From a virus, in IMG/VR virus record IMGVR_UViG_3300042541_003876, positions 1 through 64,000 of that record: a stretch of 64,000 nucleotides of DNA; one strand, 5' to 3'. The position numbers and the translations under genes were made by a program. Within the stretch, counting starts at the first letter, position 1. Each line of letters opens with the position of its first letter. Below the pieces are notes generated by a model. It had not been told where the DNA came from and did not search any database. It saw only the letters and a list, made by a program, of their open reading frames with translations. Shown here in pieces: positions 8,556-17,968 of the stretch.

Positions 8556-8909
8556 ATGAAAGCAATTACAATCGTAGCTACAGCTACTAAGACCGCAGCT
8601 TACAAGACTGCAAAAGGATTATTATCAGCCACACACTTCGTGGGTTATATCACCTGTCAAGGTTCATTACAATTAGAAATGAAATTAGATAAGGACGTTG
8701 ATCCCCAACAGATTGCCGCTGAACGCACCGACAAATCTCACGATCGTATGCAGTCTATCATCAGGACTGCTACCAATATTGTCAACAGACAAAAGGACAT
8801 TGCTTCGCAGGTTCATGCTGAAACATCCGTTGAGATTGCAATGATTGAATCATCAATCAGCAACCCTCCGGTGTACAAACCATTCTCAATTGTTAACGCA
8901 ACATTATAA
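8556..8909 (+). CDS. Hypothetical protein
   Basis: 117-aa ORF with attattATG leader. Confidence 0.7.
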   Translation: MKAITIVATATKTAAYKTAKGLLSATHFVGYITCQGSLQLEMKLDKDVDPQQIAAERTDKSHDRMQSIIRTATNIVNRQKDIASQVHAETSVEIAMIESSISNPPVYKPFSIVNATL

Positions 8910-8911
8910 TC

Positions 8912-9061
8912 ATGAAAGATTTCATTCAAACAATGATGGTATTAGGATATTTCATCTTGTTCATTCCATTTGTATGCATCAGCATTATCAAAAAGATTAT
9001 CGATTATATCTACATCAAAGTAGAACGTGTAACTTATAAATGTGCACAGTCAGTTGACTAA
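8912..9061 (+). CDS. Small membrane protein, 49 aa (not in the ORF track)
   Basis: MKDFIQTMMVLGYFILFIPFVCISIIKKIIDYIYIKVERVTYKCAQSVD; starts 2 nt after the previous stop. Confidence 0.55.
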   Translation: MKDFIQTMMVLGYFILFIPFVCISIIKKIIDYIYIKVERVTYKCAQSVD

Positions 9062-9149
9062 CATTTATTACTCAAATCAATTTAATTTAATAAACAATTC
9101 AGTCCTTACAGGTTCTACAAAAGGACATTAAATATTTTCCTGATTTATT

Positions 9150-9794
9150 ATGAACGCAAATACAGCTTCAAACTTCGTAACAGTGAACACATTCACAACT
9201 CCTAATGCTATCGTAATGATGAGCAATTTAAAAATCAATCAAAAGGACTTCACTTTCACAGTGGATCTTTCACTTTGTCATTCAGACATGTGTACTGTTC
9301 CCCAAAAGATTACGGGCAAGGTTACCGTTGAGGTAATGAACTGGATCACTCTCGTTCAAGATGAGAAGATTCAAGTCAAAGCCGATAACCCTAAAGGTTT
9401 CGAATGGATCAAGACAGGAAAACGTATAACAAGATTCCAACAGTATCTCAACAAAATTGGATTCACTACATTGTCTGACTCCCACGACACTCTCTCTGAA
9501 TTAGTGTTCGAGTGTCACAACAATTCAGAAAATTATCTGGAAAATCCATTCAGATTAATAACAAGACTCGATGGTACAGCAAGTATCAATATGGTTAATA
9601 TTCCTTCTAAACGTAGAGTAGAGACTATAAACGAGGAAACTGGCGAACACACTATTCGTTACTCAACCAAGTATGGTACAATGGCAGACGGTAAAGTCGT
9701 TAAAGCTTTCATACATCCCACCAAGTACAGAAGATTCATTTTCCAGGAGACTGTTCAGCGTGAAGTATATGTTACTCCAGAGGCTGCCGAGTAG
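9150..9794 (+). CDS. Hypothetical protein
   Basis: 214-aa ORF with the same codon style as the 7963-9061 block. Confidence 0.75.
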   Translation: MNANTASNFVTVNTFTTPNAIVMMSNLKINQKDFTFTVDLSLCHSDMCTVPQKITGKVTVEVMNWITLVQDEKIQVKADNPKGFEWIKTGKRITRFQQYLNKIGFTTLSDSHDTLSELVFECHNNSENYLENPFRLITRLDGTASINMVNIPSKRRVETINEETGEHTIRYSTKYGTMADGKVVKAFIHPTKYRRFIFQETVQREVYVTPEAAE

Positions 9795-10227
9795 GAACGT
9801 TGCTGATATCAATTACATTCATCCGAGAGTATGAACTGCTATGGAATAATGAGCGTTGACTCAAAGTCATCACACAGATATATTCCATCGATACAATATA
9901 TACTTTCGGATTTAATTTGTACAGTATCCCAAACTCAACCAGTGTATTAACCGATTTGTAAAACAGATTCTTATTACTCGTGATAAGTTTCCTACAAATC
10001 TCATCATCAAAATCTAATCTTACAGTTATGGTTTTAATCAGATCACCATCGTCTTTCTTTATCAGAAAGAAACAACAGTTCAATGCTCTAACCACGTTGT
10101 CAGGCTGATTCAATGCAAGTTCCATAAATAATTTCCTGTTAATTTTATCAGCAAATCTTATGCGCTTACCATTTTTTACGTATATTTGTCGAAACCAATC
10201 GAGTGGGATCTTATACATCTCATTCAT
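9772..10227 (-). CDS. RepL-like winged-helix DNA-binding / replication initiator protein (paralog 1)
   Basis: KTITVRLDFDDEICRKLITSNKNLFYKSVNTLVEFGILYKLNPKVYIV is an HTH plus wing pattern; paralog of 10285-10659. Confidence 0.55.
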   Translation of the reverse strand: MNEMYKIPLDWFRQIYVKNGKRIRFADKINRKLFMELALNQPDNVVRALNCCFFLIKKDDGDLIKTITVRLDFDDEICRKLITSNKNLFYKSVNTLVEFGILYKLNPKVYIVSMEYICVMTLSQRSLFHSSSYSRMNVIDISNVPTRQPLE

Positions 10228-10256
10228 GCATGAGTTAATATTTAAAGTTAATATTT

Positions 10257-10285
10257 AAAGTCCTTCCCCTCAAGAAGGACTTTTT
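10257..10285. terminator. Terminator-like hairpin
   Basis: aaagtccttc-ccctcaa-gaaggactttt. Confidence 0.55.
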
Positions 10286-10659
10286 TATTTGTTGAAATAC
10301 TCAACCAGTTCCAAAGGTAGAATATAATTGTATTCACCATTTCTAAAAGATTTCTTTTGAGTATCTGTCATCATACAGATGTAATCCATTCTTACAATAA
10401 AAGTTTTTGGCTTTATTTTAATAAGAATACCTTCAGATACTAATTCTTTTATCTGTTTATAAAATGTTGATTTATTAGTACTTACCATTCTACGACAATC
10501 TTCATTTTCAAAATCAATTTTTACTGTAATTGTTTTTAAAATATCAGAAGAACAAGTTTTAAGATTACAAAGAGAATACAGTAAAACCCTGTTCCTCTCT
10601 TGTCTTTCAAAAATTTCTTTGAGTTTAATTCTGTCATAAATAGTGCAAAAGTTTTTCAT
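10285..10659 (-). CDS. RepL-like winged-helix protein (paralog 2)
   Basis: KTITVKIDFENEDCRRMVSTNKSTFYKQIKELVSEGILIKIKPKTFIVRMDYICMMT aligns residue for residue with paralog 1. Confidence 0.55.
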   Translation of the reverse strand: MKNFCTIYDRIKLKEIFERQERNRVLLYSLCNLKTCSSDILKTITVKIDFENEDCRRMVSTNKSTFYKQIKELVSEGILIKIKPKTFIVRMDYICMMTDTQKKSFRNGEYNYILPLELVEYFNK

Positions 10660-10722
10660 TTGTTTTGATTTATTTTAGATTACAAATGTAATAAAAAAGT
10701 TTTAATTAAATACCATTATTAG

Positions 10723-10786
10723 TGGTATCACCTATGATACCAAATCCGATTCCGTCGTTTAAATGATGGTATCATAGGTGATACCA
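10723..10786. repeat. Perfect 20-bp inverted repeat made of two palindromic operators
   Basis: tggtatcacctatgatacca (10723-10742) and tggtatcataggtgatacca (10767-10786); each is TGGTATCA-N4-TGATACCA. Confidence 0.9.
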
Positions 10787-10890
10787 AATTGATTTTGTTA
10801 TATTTAACTGTATATCAGTACTTTACAAGACTATTTTAACAAAACTTTAACAAAAATCTGTTCTATATACCTACATCATATATATTATAG

Positions 10891-10958
10891 CAAGAACTTT
10901 TTGCCATTAAAACGACAAAAGAACCAAGAACTTTTTGTCATTAAAACGACAAAAGAAC
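10891..10958. repeat. 34-bp tandem direct repeat x2 (iteron-like)
   Basis: caagaactttttg(c/t)cattaaaacgacaaaagaac twice with one mismatch; followed by aaagaaataa x2 and a very AT-rich tract. Confidence 0.85.
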
Positions 10959-11256
10959 TACAACTTCGTTAAAGAAATAAAAAGAAATAAAAAGAGACAC
11001 CCTCTCCTCGTTACTTCTCTTAGCTCTTATTGTATTAATATTATTGTAATAACTGTATACTTATAAATAAATGTTATATTTATATAATTGCAATAAGCTT
11101 GAAATAAAGAAATTAGTTTTATGTTTAATAAAAGTTATTTTTGATAAAAATTAAAAAATGGAGTTTTATAGTTGAAAAACGTGTTATTAAGTTGATTTTA
11201 AGATAGATAATAAGAATAATTATCTTTGTATGAATTAACAAATTAAATTTTAGAAA

Positions 11257-11808
11257 ATGGAAAGAAAGAGTTATGATCCGAGGATTACAGATGTTAATGA
11301 CCCAATGTATACTGCATTAAATGCATTTGGAGGTAGGGTTGATATGACTATGTTGTTAACAGATGATGCTTACTTTATGGGTGGCTTTGTTTTGTATGAT
11401 TTGGTAAAGAGGATTGAAGAGGTAAATGTAGAATCTGGGGATCAGGTTGTATTAGGACAGAGGTTTGGTATTGTAAAGGATGTTTATCGTGATGGATTAG
11501 TATTGTTAGGAATACGAGTTCAGGAGTATTTGCCTTATGTACCTGTTTCATGGAGGAATAATGTAGAAGATTATTATGGAGAAGGAGGAACTATCAGAGG
11601 AAGGGATGTTGTTTATCTTTTTAGAGATCCAGATGGGGAAGATGTAGGAGGGAGTGAGTTGTTGACTAATTTACAGAGTGGAGGGTTACCGATAGAGAGT
11701 ATTTATCGTGGAACGTTAAAGGTTTTGCATAAGCAGACAGCAGATACGAATACTTGGAATGACATTATGCAGAGTGTATCTAAGTATCAGAGTAAATTTG
11801 ATGAATAA
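11257..11808 (+). CDS. Hypothetical protein
   Basis: 183-aa ORF preceded by TATCTTTG (-7 element) at 11221; coding strand very G-rich and C-poor. Confidence 0.75.
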   Translation: MERKSYDPRITDVNDPMYTALNAFGGRVDMTMLLTDDAYFMGGFVLYDLVKRIEEVNVESGDQVVLGQRFGIVKDVYRDGLVLLGIRVQEYLPYVPVSWRNNVEDYYGEGGTIRGRDVVYLFRDPDGEDVGGSELLTNLQSGGLPIESIYRGTLKVLHKQTADTNTWNDIMQSVSKYQSKFDE

Positions 11809-11835
11809 TATTATTAACAATTAAAAGGAAATATA

Positions 11836-11869
11836 AAAAATGCACCACTTTTGAGAGTGGTGCATTTTA
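11836..11869 (+). terminator. Intrinsic terminator
   Basis: aaaatgcaccact-tttgag-agtggtgcatttt. Confidence 0.75.
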
Positions 11870-11952
11870 TTTTATTGTGCGAAGAACAAAAAGAGTAATG
11901 TGTAAAGTACATATTTCTATAACTATCAAAATTAAATCTAAAATAGACTTGT

Positions 11953-12234
11953 ATGCTAGCTAAAAATACTAAACTGAAATATGTTGTAAAACACAAAGAG
12001 CCGGGAATAGAATATGCGATCGAAGAGAAGCATTTCCGCGGAGAGATTATGTATTACACTTGGTTGTTAGTTTCTAAGAATGGAATTAATTATCAAGGAA
12101 TGATGGATAGGAAATCGAGAGGGTTTAAAACCGTTGAAGTGTCAAAGGCTCAATTACGGACACTTTTATCTCAAAAACTATCAAATACCTGTCTTGAAAA
12201 AGATGTGGCAAATTTGCCTATTTTCTGTAAATAG
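11953..12234 (+). CDS. Hypothetical protein
   Basis: 93-aa ORF. Confidence 0.55.
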   Translation: MLAKNTKLKYVVKHKEPGIEYAIEEKHFRGEIMYYTWLLVSKNGINYQGMMDRKSRGFKTVEVSKAQLRTLLSQKLSNTCLEKDVANLPIFCK

Positions 12235-12367
12235 TTTCAAACCTCAATTAAATTTTAAAAAAATGAAAAGATTCGAAAGCTAAGCACAAATGCTCAACCC
12301 TTGATAAAGCCGATTAAAGGAATAAAAGCTAAATTTACCACGTCTGCCCAGCTTTTGGTAAGCCGAT

Positions 12368-13044
12368 GTTACAGGCAGGTGTGGGTTAATTTAAAACGAA
12401 TATCAAAATGATACAAATTACAAACGCTGTTGAAAGATACGGCAAACTTATTATTAACGAACTAAAAGAAGCTAATATTAATTGTTGGATTGCTGGCGGT
12501 GCTTTGCGTGATTATTTCGCTGGGGTAAAAGTAAACACAGACTATGATTTATTTTTTCCTAATGAAATTGAATACGAAAAAGCAAAAGTATATTTCAAAG
12601 CAAAAGAATGTACGGTTAAATGGGAAAGTGATAATGGAATGAAAATAGTTTACAATGGCAAAACATTTGACTTGGTAAAAAAGTTTTTTGCAACTCCAAA
12701 AGAAACTATTGATGCCTTTGATTTTACTGTATCAATGTTTGCAGTAGATACTGAAAATGTTTATTATGGTGAAACTACATTTATGGACTTGGCTAAAAGG
12801 CAATTAATGATAAACAAGATTACTTACCCTGCTTCAACTATGAGCCGAGCTTTTCGTTATTACAAAAAAGGATTTTCAATGTGTTTAGGCGAAATGAAAA
12901 AACTTGTTGAAGCTATACAAGATATGCAAAAACCTGAACCAAAAAACGAAGAACAAAGTCAAAATGAAGAAGAAAAGTCAAGTGGTGATGATTTAGCGTT
13001 TTTTGTCGGCATTGATTAGCAGGGTGCTAACACTTGCCTGTAAC
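12368..13044 (+). mobile_element. Integron-like gene cassette A (nucleotidyltransferase)
   Basis: Left end GTTacaggcaggtgt (12368-12382) is the reverse complement (14/15) of right end acacttgcctgtAAC (13030-13044). A partial attC arm lies to the left (12284-12367). Confidence 0.75.
12408..13019 (+). CDS. Nucleotidyltransferase, CCA-adding/poly(A) polymerase head-domain type
   Basis: WIAGGALRDY...TDYDLFF (GGxxRD...DxD) and FDFTVS. Confidence 0.85.
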   Translation: MIQITNAVERYGKLIINELKEANINCWIAGGALRDYFAGVKVNTDYDLFFPNEIEYEKAKVYFKAKECTVKWESDNGMKIVYNGKTFDLVKKFFATPKETIDAFDFTVSMFAVDTENVYYGETTFMDLAKRQLMINKITYPASTMSRAFRYYKKGFSMCLGEMKKLVEAIQDMQKPEPKNEEQSQNEEEKSSGDDLAFFVGID

Positions 13045-13085
13045 TCGTGCATTTGCGCAACTTTAATAAAAAAATAAAAATATGA
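13041..13085. repeat. 45-bp repeat (attI-like site plus translation leader), copy 1
   Basis: taactcgtgcatttgcgcaactttaataaaaaaataaaaatATGa; also at 13472, 14143 and, partially, 15374. Confidence 0.9.
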
Positions 13086-13462
13086 ATAAAATTAAAAATT
13101 TCAATACAATGCGAAAAATAGAAGTAAAAATCAGACAAATTATTTGGGCTTTCAAACAATCATTAAAGCCTACAACTTATGACCTTGTTATTTATCAAGG
13201 CAAACAGTATTTTATTAAATCAAGTCTTACTAGGGAAAATGTTTGGAATCTTTTTGAAAAAGGAGAAAAAGAGCCAACGCACAGATACATTAAAGGTAAA
13301 GAATTGAAAGTTTTTCAATCAGTAAAACGATTTATTAATGTTTTCAAAAATCATTTAAGATTCCAAAAGAAAAGCTGGGACTTGATTGATTGTGGCAATC
13401 CAATTGGCACAAGGCTGTCTTACAATAATTCAGAGGATATCTATTTTGGGAGGTGGTTCTAA
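13082..13462 (+). CDS. Hypothetical protein (cassette B, left end lost)
   Basis: 126-aa ORF followed by attgccactAAC and repeat copy 2; first 7 codons identical to the ORF at 14184. Confidence 0.7.
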   Translation: MNKIKNFNTMRKIEVKIRQIIWAFKQSLKPTTYDLVIYQGKQYFIKSSLTRENVWNLFEKGEKEPTHRYIKGKELKVFQSVKRFINVFKNHLRFQKKSWDLIDCGNPIGTRLSYNNSEDIYFGRWF

Positions 13463-13471
13463 CATTGCCAC

Positions 13472-13516
13472 TAACTCGTGCATTTGCGTAACTTTAATAA
13501 AAAAATAAAAATATGA
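13472..13516. repeat. 45-bp repeat, copy 2
   Basis: One mismatch relative to copy 1. Confidence 0.9.
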
Positions 13517-13569
13517 GCATATTTAACCAAGACTTTTACCCAACTCCAGAAAATATAATTGCACAAATG
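13513..13569 (+). pseudogene. Truncated 5' end of a probable N6-adenine methyltransferase-like gene
   Basis: MSIFNQDFYPTPENIIAQM (the DFYPTP motif is typical of N6-MTase/DUF4942-like N-termini), then runs into attC-like sequence. Confidence 0.5.
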
Positions 13570-13628
13570 CCGATTAGGATTACAAAAGTTGAGGGTTATT
13601 ACCTCCGCCCCAATTTAACAAATACCTT

Positions 13629-14146
13629 GTTATCTGCATCTGCGGTTTTCAAGGCAGGAAGTTTCAAATTATTCACTAATAAATTAAAATAAAATGTCAG
13701 AAATTAAAGAACAAACAATGTTTGAAGAAATGAGAAAAAAAGGAAGTAGTATTCCTGATAAAGTAGAATATCTACAAGCCAATGGTTGGCAATGCTATAA
13801 TCATCACGACAACTGGGTTAAATCTACTTGGTCGGACACGGAAAAAGACGGTTCATTATTAGATTTAAACAAAGCATTTGAGCAATGCGTAAAAGAGCAA
13901 ATTGTTTTACAAGAAGCAATTAAAACACTATGCAATGCGTTGAAAGAAGATAAAGGGTTATATATCGCTTACCAAGCTAATATTGCTATGGCTTTCCAAG
14001 ATGAGTTTAATATACAGTCAGAAAAGCACGAAATGTTTACAAAGTGGTTAATGTTGGAAGGTGGATTGTACACAATAGCTAATAATGCAAGTCATAATTT
14101 CCTAAAACTTTTAATGCCGTAGGGTGGTAGCAGTTGCGCAGATAAC
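13629..14146 (+). mobile_element. Integron-like gene cassette C
   Basis: Left GTTatctgc (13629) is complementary to right gcagatAAC (14138-14146); partial attC arm at 13561-13628. Confidence 0.7.
13694..14122 (+). CDS. Hypothetical protein
   Basis: 142-aa ORF filling cassette C. Confidence 0.75.
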   Translation: MSEIKEQTMFEEMRKKGSSIPDKVEYLQANGWQCYNHHDNWVKSTWSDTEKDGSLLDLNKAFEQCVKEQIVLQEAIKTLCNALKEDKGLYIAYQANIAMAFQDEFNIQSEKHEMFTKWLMLEGGLYTIANNASHNFLKLLMP

Positions 14147-14183
14147 TCGTTTATTTGCGCAACTTTAATAAAAAAATAAAAAT

Positions 14184-14187
<4 letters not shown>
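14143..14187. repeat. 45-bp repeat, copy 3
   Basis: Two mismatches relative to copy 1. Confidence 0.9.
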
Positions 14188-14854
<667 letters not shown>

Positions 14855-15023
14855 CCGATACTGTTAAATCTTTCATATTTTCAAATTTTGTTGAAAAGTA
14901 TTTATGTTTCCCTCATAAATAAGGGAAACAATCTGCAACTTAATGTATATCAATAACTTTAGTGGTCTTAAAACAGGCTGCAAACATATAGAATTAGAAA
15001 GTGCTAACGTCTGTTAAGATTGT

Positions 15024-15120
15024 CACTAACTGTTCTAGGCTTGGCGTTAGTGCTACCTTGCACGAACTTTGAATTTAGCACTAAACTATCTGGTGGCATT
15101 ACGCCAAACCCGTGTTATAG
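15024..15120 (-). mobile_element. Complete attC-like site
   Basis: cactAAC...ggcttggcgttagtgctacc / ggtggcattacgccaaacc...GTTatag; the arms pair with one bulged base; shares ttagcactaaac with the site at 6844. Confidence 0.75.
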
Positions 15121-15377
15121 GATAGTTTTATTTTTGTGGGTTGGCAATAAATAAATTTCAATTATGAGTAAATGGTTAGACAAAGAGGTTAAACAGCTAA
15201 TGATGTATGTAGAAGCATCAGATGATAAAACAATGGAAGAGCTTTATGAATATGTTCACCACATGATGTATAAAGAAGGTAATCATCCAGATTTTCCAGT
15301 TAGAACATTGTCGGCTGTAACTGCTAAAATTCGTAAATTTTGTCGGGAGCTTGGAAAAAAATAAAATTTCCTACAAC
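15114..15377 (+). mobile_element. Integron-like gene cassette D
   Basis: Left GTTataggatagttttatttt versus right aaaataaaatttcctacAAC (reverse complement gttgtaggaaattttatttt); followed by repeat copy 4. Confidence 0.7.
15164..15364 (+). CDS. Small hypothetical protein (Myb/SANT-like helical pattern possible)
   Basis: KWLDKEVKQL...RTLSAVTAKI; fills cassette D. Confidence 0.65.
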   Translation: MSKWLDKEVKQLMMYVEASDDKTMEELYEYVHHMMYKEGNHPDFPVRTLSAVTAKIRKFCRELGKK

Positions 15378-15460
15378 TCGTGCATTGGCGCGACTTTAAA
15401 TGTAATTAACTGATTATAAGCGCATATAAATTGCGTATTTTAAATATTAAAAAAAATAAA

Positions 15461-16276
15461 ATGGATACACCACAAGAAAAAATAGAAAAGTACAAATCTA
15501 AAATAGCAGAGTACGAAGATAAAATAGCAGAACTAAAAAAAGAAATATTAGAAATATTAGAAAGATTACATAAAGACAATCGTGATATTCTATTTAATGC
15601 TAATTCAAAAAACGAATTTTTTGATTTATTTAAATCGAATTTTATTATTTTTTGCAGGTATAAAATAATAGATGCCGATTTAATTAAAAAGTATGAATAT
15701 ATTTTTAATTCAGAAAAGATATATTTGAATATTGATATTAGTGATGGTTTTTTATTCGCTTCTGATAATTCAAAAGTAAACACTCATGGAAATTCAGTAG
15801 TATTCGCTTCTGAAAATTCAGTAGTAATCTCTTATGATAATTCAGAAGTATTCGCTTATCAAAATTCAAAAGTATTCGCTTATCAAAATTCAAAAGTAAA
15901 CGCTTATGACAATTCAGAAGTAAACGCTTATGACAATTCAGAAGTAAACGCTTATGATAATTCAAAAGTAAAAGCTCTTGATAATTCAAAAGTATTCGCT
16001 TTTGAAAATTCAACAGTAACCGCTTATGATAATTCAGAAGTAAACGCTTATGATAATTCAGAAGTAAAAGCTTTTGATAATTCAAAAGTAATCTCTTCTG
16101 ATAATTCAGAAGTAAACGCTACTGGAAATTCAGAAGTATTCGCTTATCAAAATTCAAAAGTATTCGCTTATCAAAATTCAAAAGTAAACGCTTATGACAA
16201 TTCAGAAGTAAACGCTTATGATAATTCAAAAGTAATCTCTTCTGATAATTCAAAAGTAAATGATTTAAGAAAATAA
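15461..16276 (+). CDS. Octapeptide-repeat (xAYDNSxV) beta-solenoid-like protein; probable start MDTPQEK
   Basis: 21 tandem 8-aa units encoded at 15755-16258. Confidence 0.8.
   Translation: MDTPQEKIEKYKSKIAEYEDKIAELKKEILEILERLHKDNRDILFNANSKNEFFDLFKSNFIIFCRYKIIDADLIKKYEYIFNSEKIYLNIDISDGFLFASDNSKVNTHGNSVVFASENSVVISYDNSEVFAYQNSKVFAYQNSKVNAYDNSEVNAYDNSEVNAYDNSKVKALDNSKVFAFENSTVTAYDNSEVNAYDNSEVKAFDNSKVISSDNSEVNATGNSEVFAYQNSKVFAYQNSKVNAYDNSEVNAYDNSKVISSDNSKVNDLRK
15755..16258 (+). repeat. 24-bp coding tandem repeat x21
   Basis: Consensus aacgcttatgataattcagaagta. Confidence 0.9.
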
Positions 16277-16535
16277 AAATGATTACAAAAAAAACAGAAA
16301 TTAAATATTGCCGTAATTACGGTGCTTTAACTCAGATTACATTTTATTTTTTAGGGTTAAAATTTTGGACTGAAAATCACTTAAAATATGAAAATTAAAA
16401 TGGAAATAATAAATATCGGTGGGATTTGGAATGCAATTATAAACAATTCTATCCCACAAAGATATAGTGAGCTAAGAGATAAAACAAAATGTGATGATAA
16501 ATTTAAAATCTTTAATAAAATAAATCCTTTTCAAA

Positions 16536-16832
16536 ATGAGAAATAAGCAACACATGACATTTATTGCATTAGAAACATTAGTTGGAAAAACCATTAAATG
16601 GAGCGCTCCTTCAGCTAAAGAAAACAGACCGTATTCTGGAATTGATAAAATAATATCAATCGATTTAAAAGATCGAACACCTTTAAAAACAGAAGTTATT
16701 GAAGGTGATGATTTATCATTTGCTTTTGTAGATGATATGATGAAAAATGAATTTTTATCTTATTCAGATAGCTGTCGTGTAGTATCTTTTGAAATCATTG
16801 AACCAAGTAATAAAGTAAAATTCATGTCGTAA
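16536..16832 (+). CDS. Hypothetical protein
   Basis: 98-aa ORF. Confidence 0.65.
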   Translation: MRNKQHMTFIALETLVGKTIKWSAPSAKENRPYSGIDKIISIDLKDRTPLKTEVIEGDDLSFAFVDDMMKNEFLSYSDSCRVVSFEIIEPSNKVKFMS

Positions 16833-17150
16833 GAATGAGACGTCCAAAAAACAAAGTATGCAGTTGATGATTCAATTGCATTAAAACTTACCCATCTAGA
16901 TGATGGACCGATTGCTACAGATACAGTTTAGCTGGAACAGTTTCCGATTTCAGAACTGCATAAAAAAGACCATTGCTGGATTAAAACATGGTCTGAAAAC
17001 GAGGGAATCCTTGAAGCTTTAATCGAAGCTAAGATTATAGAAAAAGTAAACTTTCCAGCTGTTGATGTTAATGATTGGGGGAAGAATGGCCGTTTTAGTA
17101 AAACTAATGAATTCACAAATAACCAATACCGAGTTTATAGACTTGGTTGA
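16812..17150 (+). pseudogene. Decayed gene (DUF4313-like) with three in-frame stops
   Basis: KVKFMS*E*DVQKTKYAVDDSIALKL...GPIATDTV*LEQ...CWIKTWSENEGILEALIEAKII; stops TAA 16830, TGA 16836, TAG 16929. Confidence 0.6.
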
Positions 17151-17165
17151 TACAATAGATTAATT

Positions 17166-17618
17166 ATGATAGCACAAGTTAGAATCACTGTAGGAAAAGA
17201 TTCTTTAGAGAAAAGAGTCACAGAGTTAAATCTTTTAAAATTGTATTTTGAAAGAGATAAAAATAATTTACCTTTCTGTATTGAAATTTTAAATGAATTT
17301 GAAGCCGAAGATGATATCGGAGAAATCAATTATTTTCTAAAAAAAAGATTACCTAAAATGAATCAACACCAAATCGAAAACAATTCAGAAGCTCTTCAGA
17401 AAATTGAAGATTTGCAATTAAAAAAGAAGTTTATTCTGGAGTCAATGGAACGCGTTCACCAAATTAAAATGGAGAATGTAAATGCAAAACTTGATGATGG
17501 AAATAGTGCTTTTGTAATTATGGAAATTCCAAAGATGCAGCTTATTGAAAATCTCCGAATGCAGCTTATTGAAATCGAAAAAGAGATTAAAGAATTGCAG
17601 GGAAAAATCATCATCTAA
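17166..17618 (+). CDS. Hypothetical coiled-coil protein
   Basis: 150-aa ORF followed by a terminator. Confidence 0.65.
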   Translation: MIAQVRITVGKDSLEKRVTELNLLKLYFERDKNNLPFCIEILNEFEAEDDIGEINYFLKKRLPKMNQHQIENNSEALQKIEDLQLKKKFILESMERVHQIKMENVNAKLDDGNSAFVIMEIPKMQLIENLRMQLIEIEKEIKELQGKIII

Positions 17619-17636
17619 TATTAACCTACGAAGAAC

Positions 17637-17669
17637 AAAAACCGGTACAAACACTTGTGCCGGTTTTTT
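17637..17669 (+). terminator. Intrinsic terminator
   Basis: aaaaaccggtacaa-acac-ttgtgccggttttt. Confidence 0.7.
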
Positions 17670-17680
17670 ATTTTATTACT

Positions 17681-17968
17681 ATGGCGAAAATGACATTTGC
17701 AATTAGTTGCAAGAAAATCGGTTTATCACATTCTACTTCTTACTTTACTTTAGAGAAAGATTTTAATAATGAGGATCATTGTAAAAATTGGATTGCTAAG
17801 TATGGAGACACCAATTATAGAAAGGTAATAAGTTACGATAGAGTTTATTCTATTAAAAAAGAACATTCTGTTGAAGAAATGAGATCAGCTTATGAAGCTG
17901 CAGAATCAAAAAAGTTTTCGAAATTTGAGGAATGGTATAAATTTAATTTTAAAAAAAATCCTGAATGA
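17681..17968 (+). CDS. Hypothetical protein (probable start MAKMTF)
   Basis: ORF overlapping the start of the helicase gene (ATGA). Confidence 0.65.
   Translation: MAKMTFAISCKKIGLSHSTSYFTLEKDFNNEDHCKNWIAKYGDTNYRKVISYDRVYSIKKEHSVEEMRSAYEAAESKKFSKFEEWYKFNFKKNPE

Noticed and set aside
14930-14965. Fifth copy of the attI-like repeat (caacttaatgtatatcaataacttta)
   Set aside because: Only the AAC and aacttta ends match; too degenerate to support.
15755-16258. CRISPR or non-coding repeat; antisense ORF 15738-16085 (LLLNYHKR repeats)
   Set aside because: The repeats are contiguous and in frame in the plus-strand gene; the antisense ORF is a shadow of the repeat.
16830-16931. Stop-codon reassignment (TAG or TGA recoding, known in some crAss-like phages)
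   Set aside because: All long genes, including the 3963-aa ORF, are open in the standard code. TAG and TGA end well-defined genes (e.g. 13019, 14122, 27362). This frame contains all three stop types, so it is a pseudogene.
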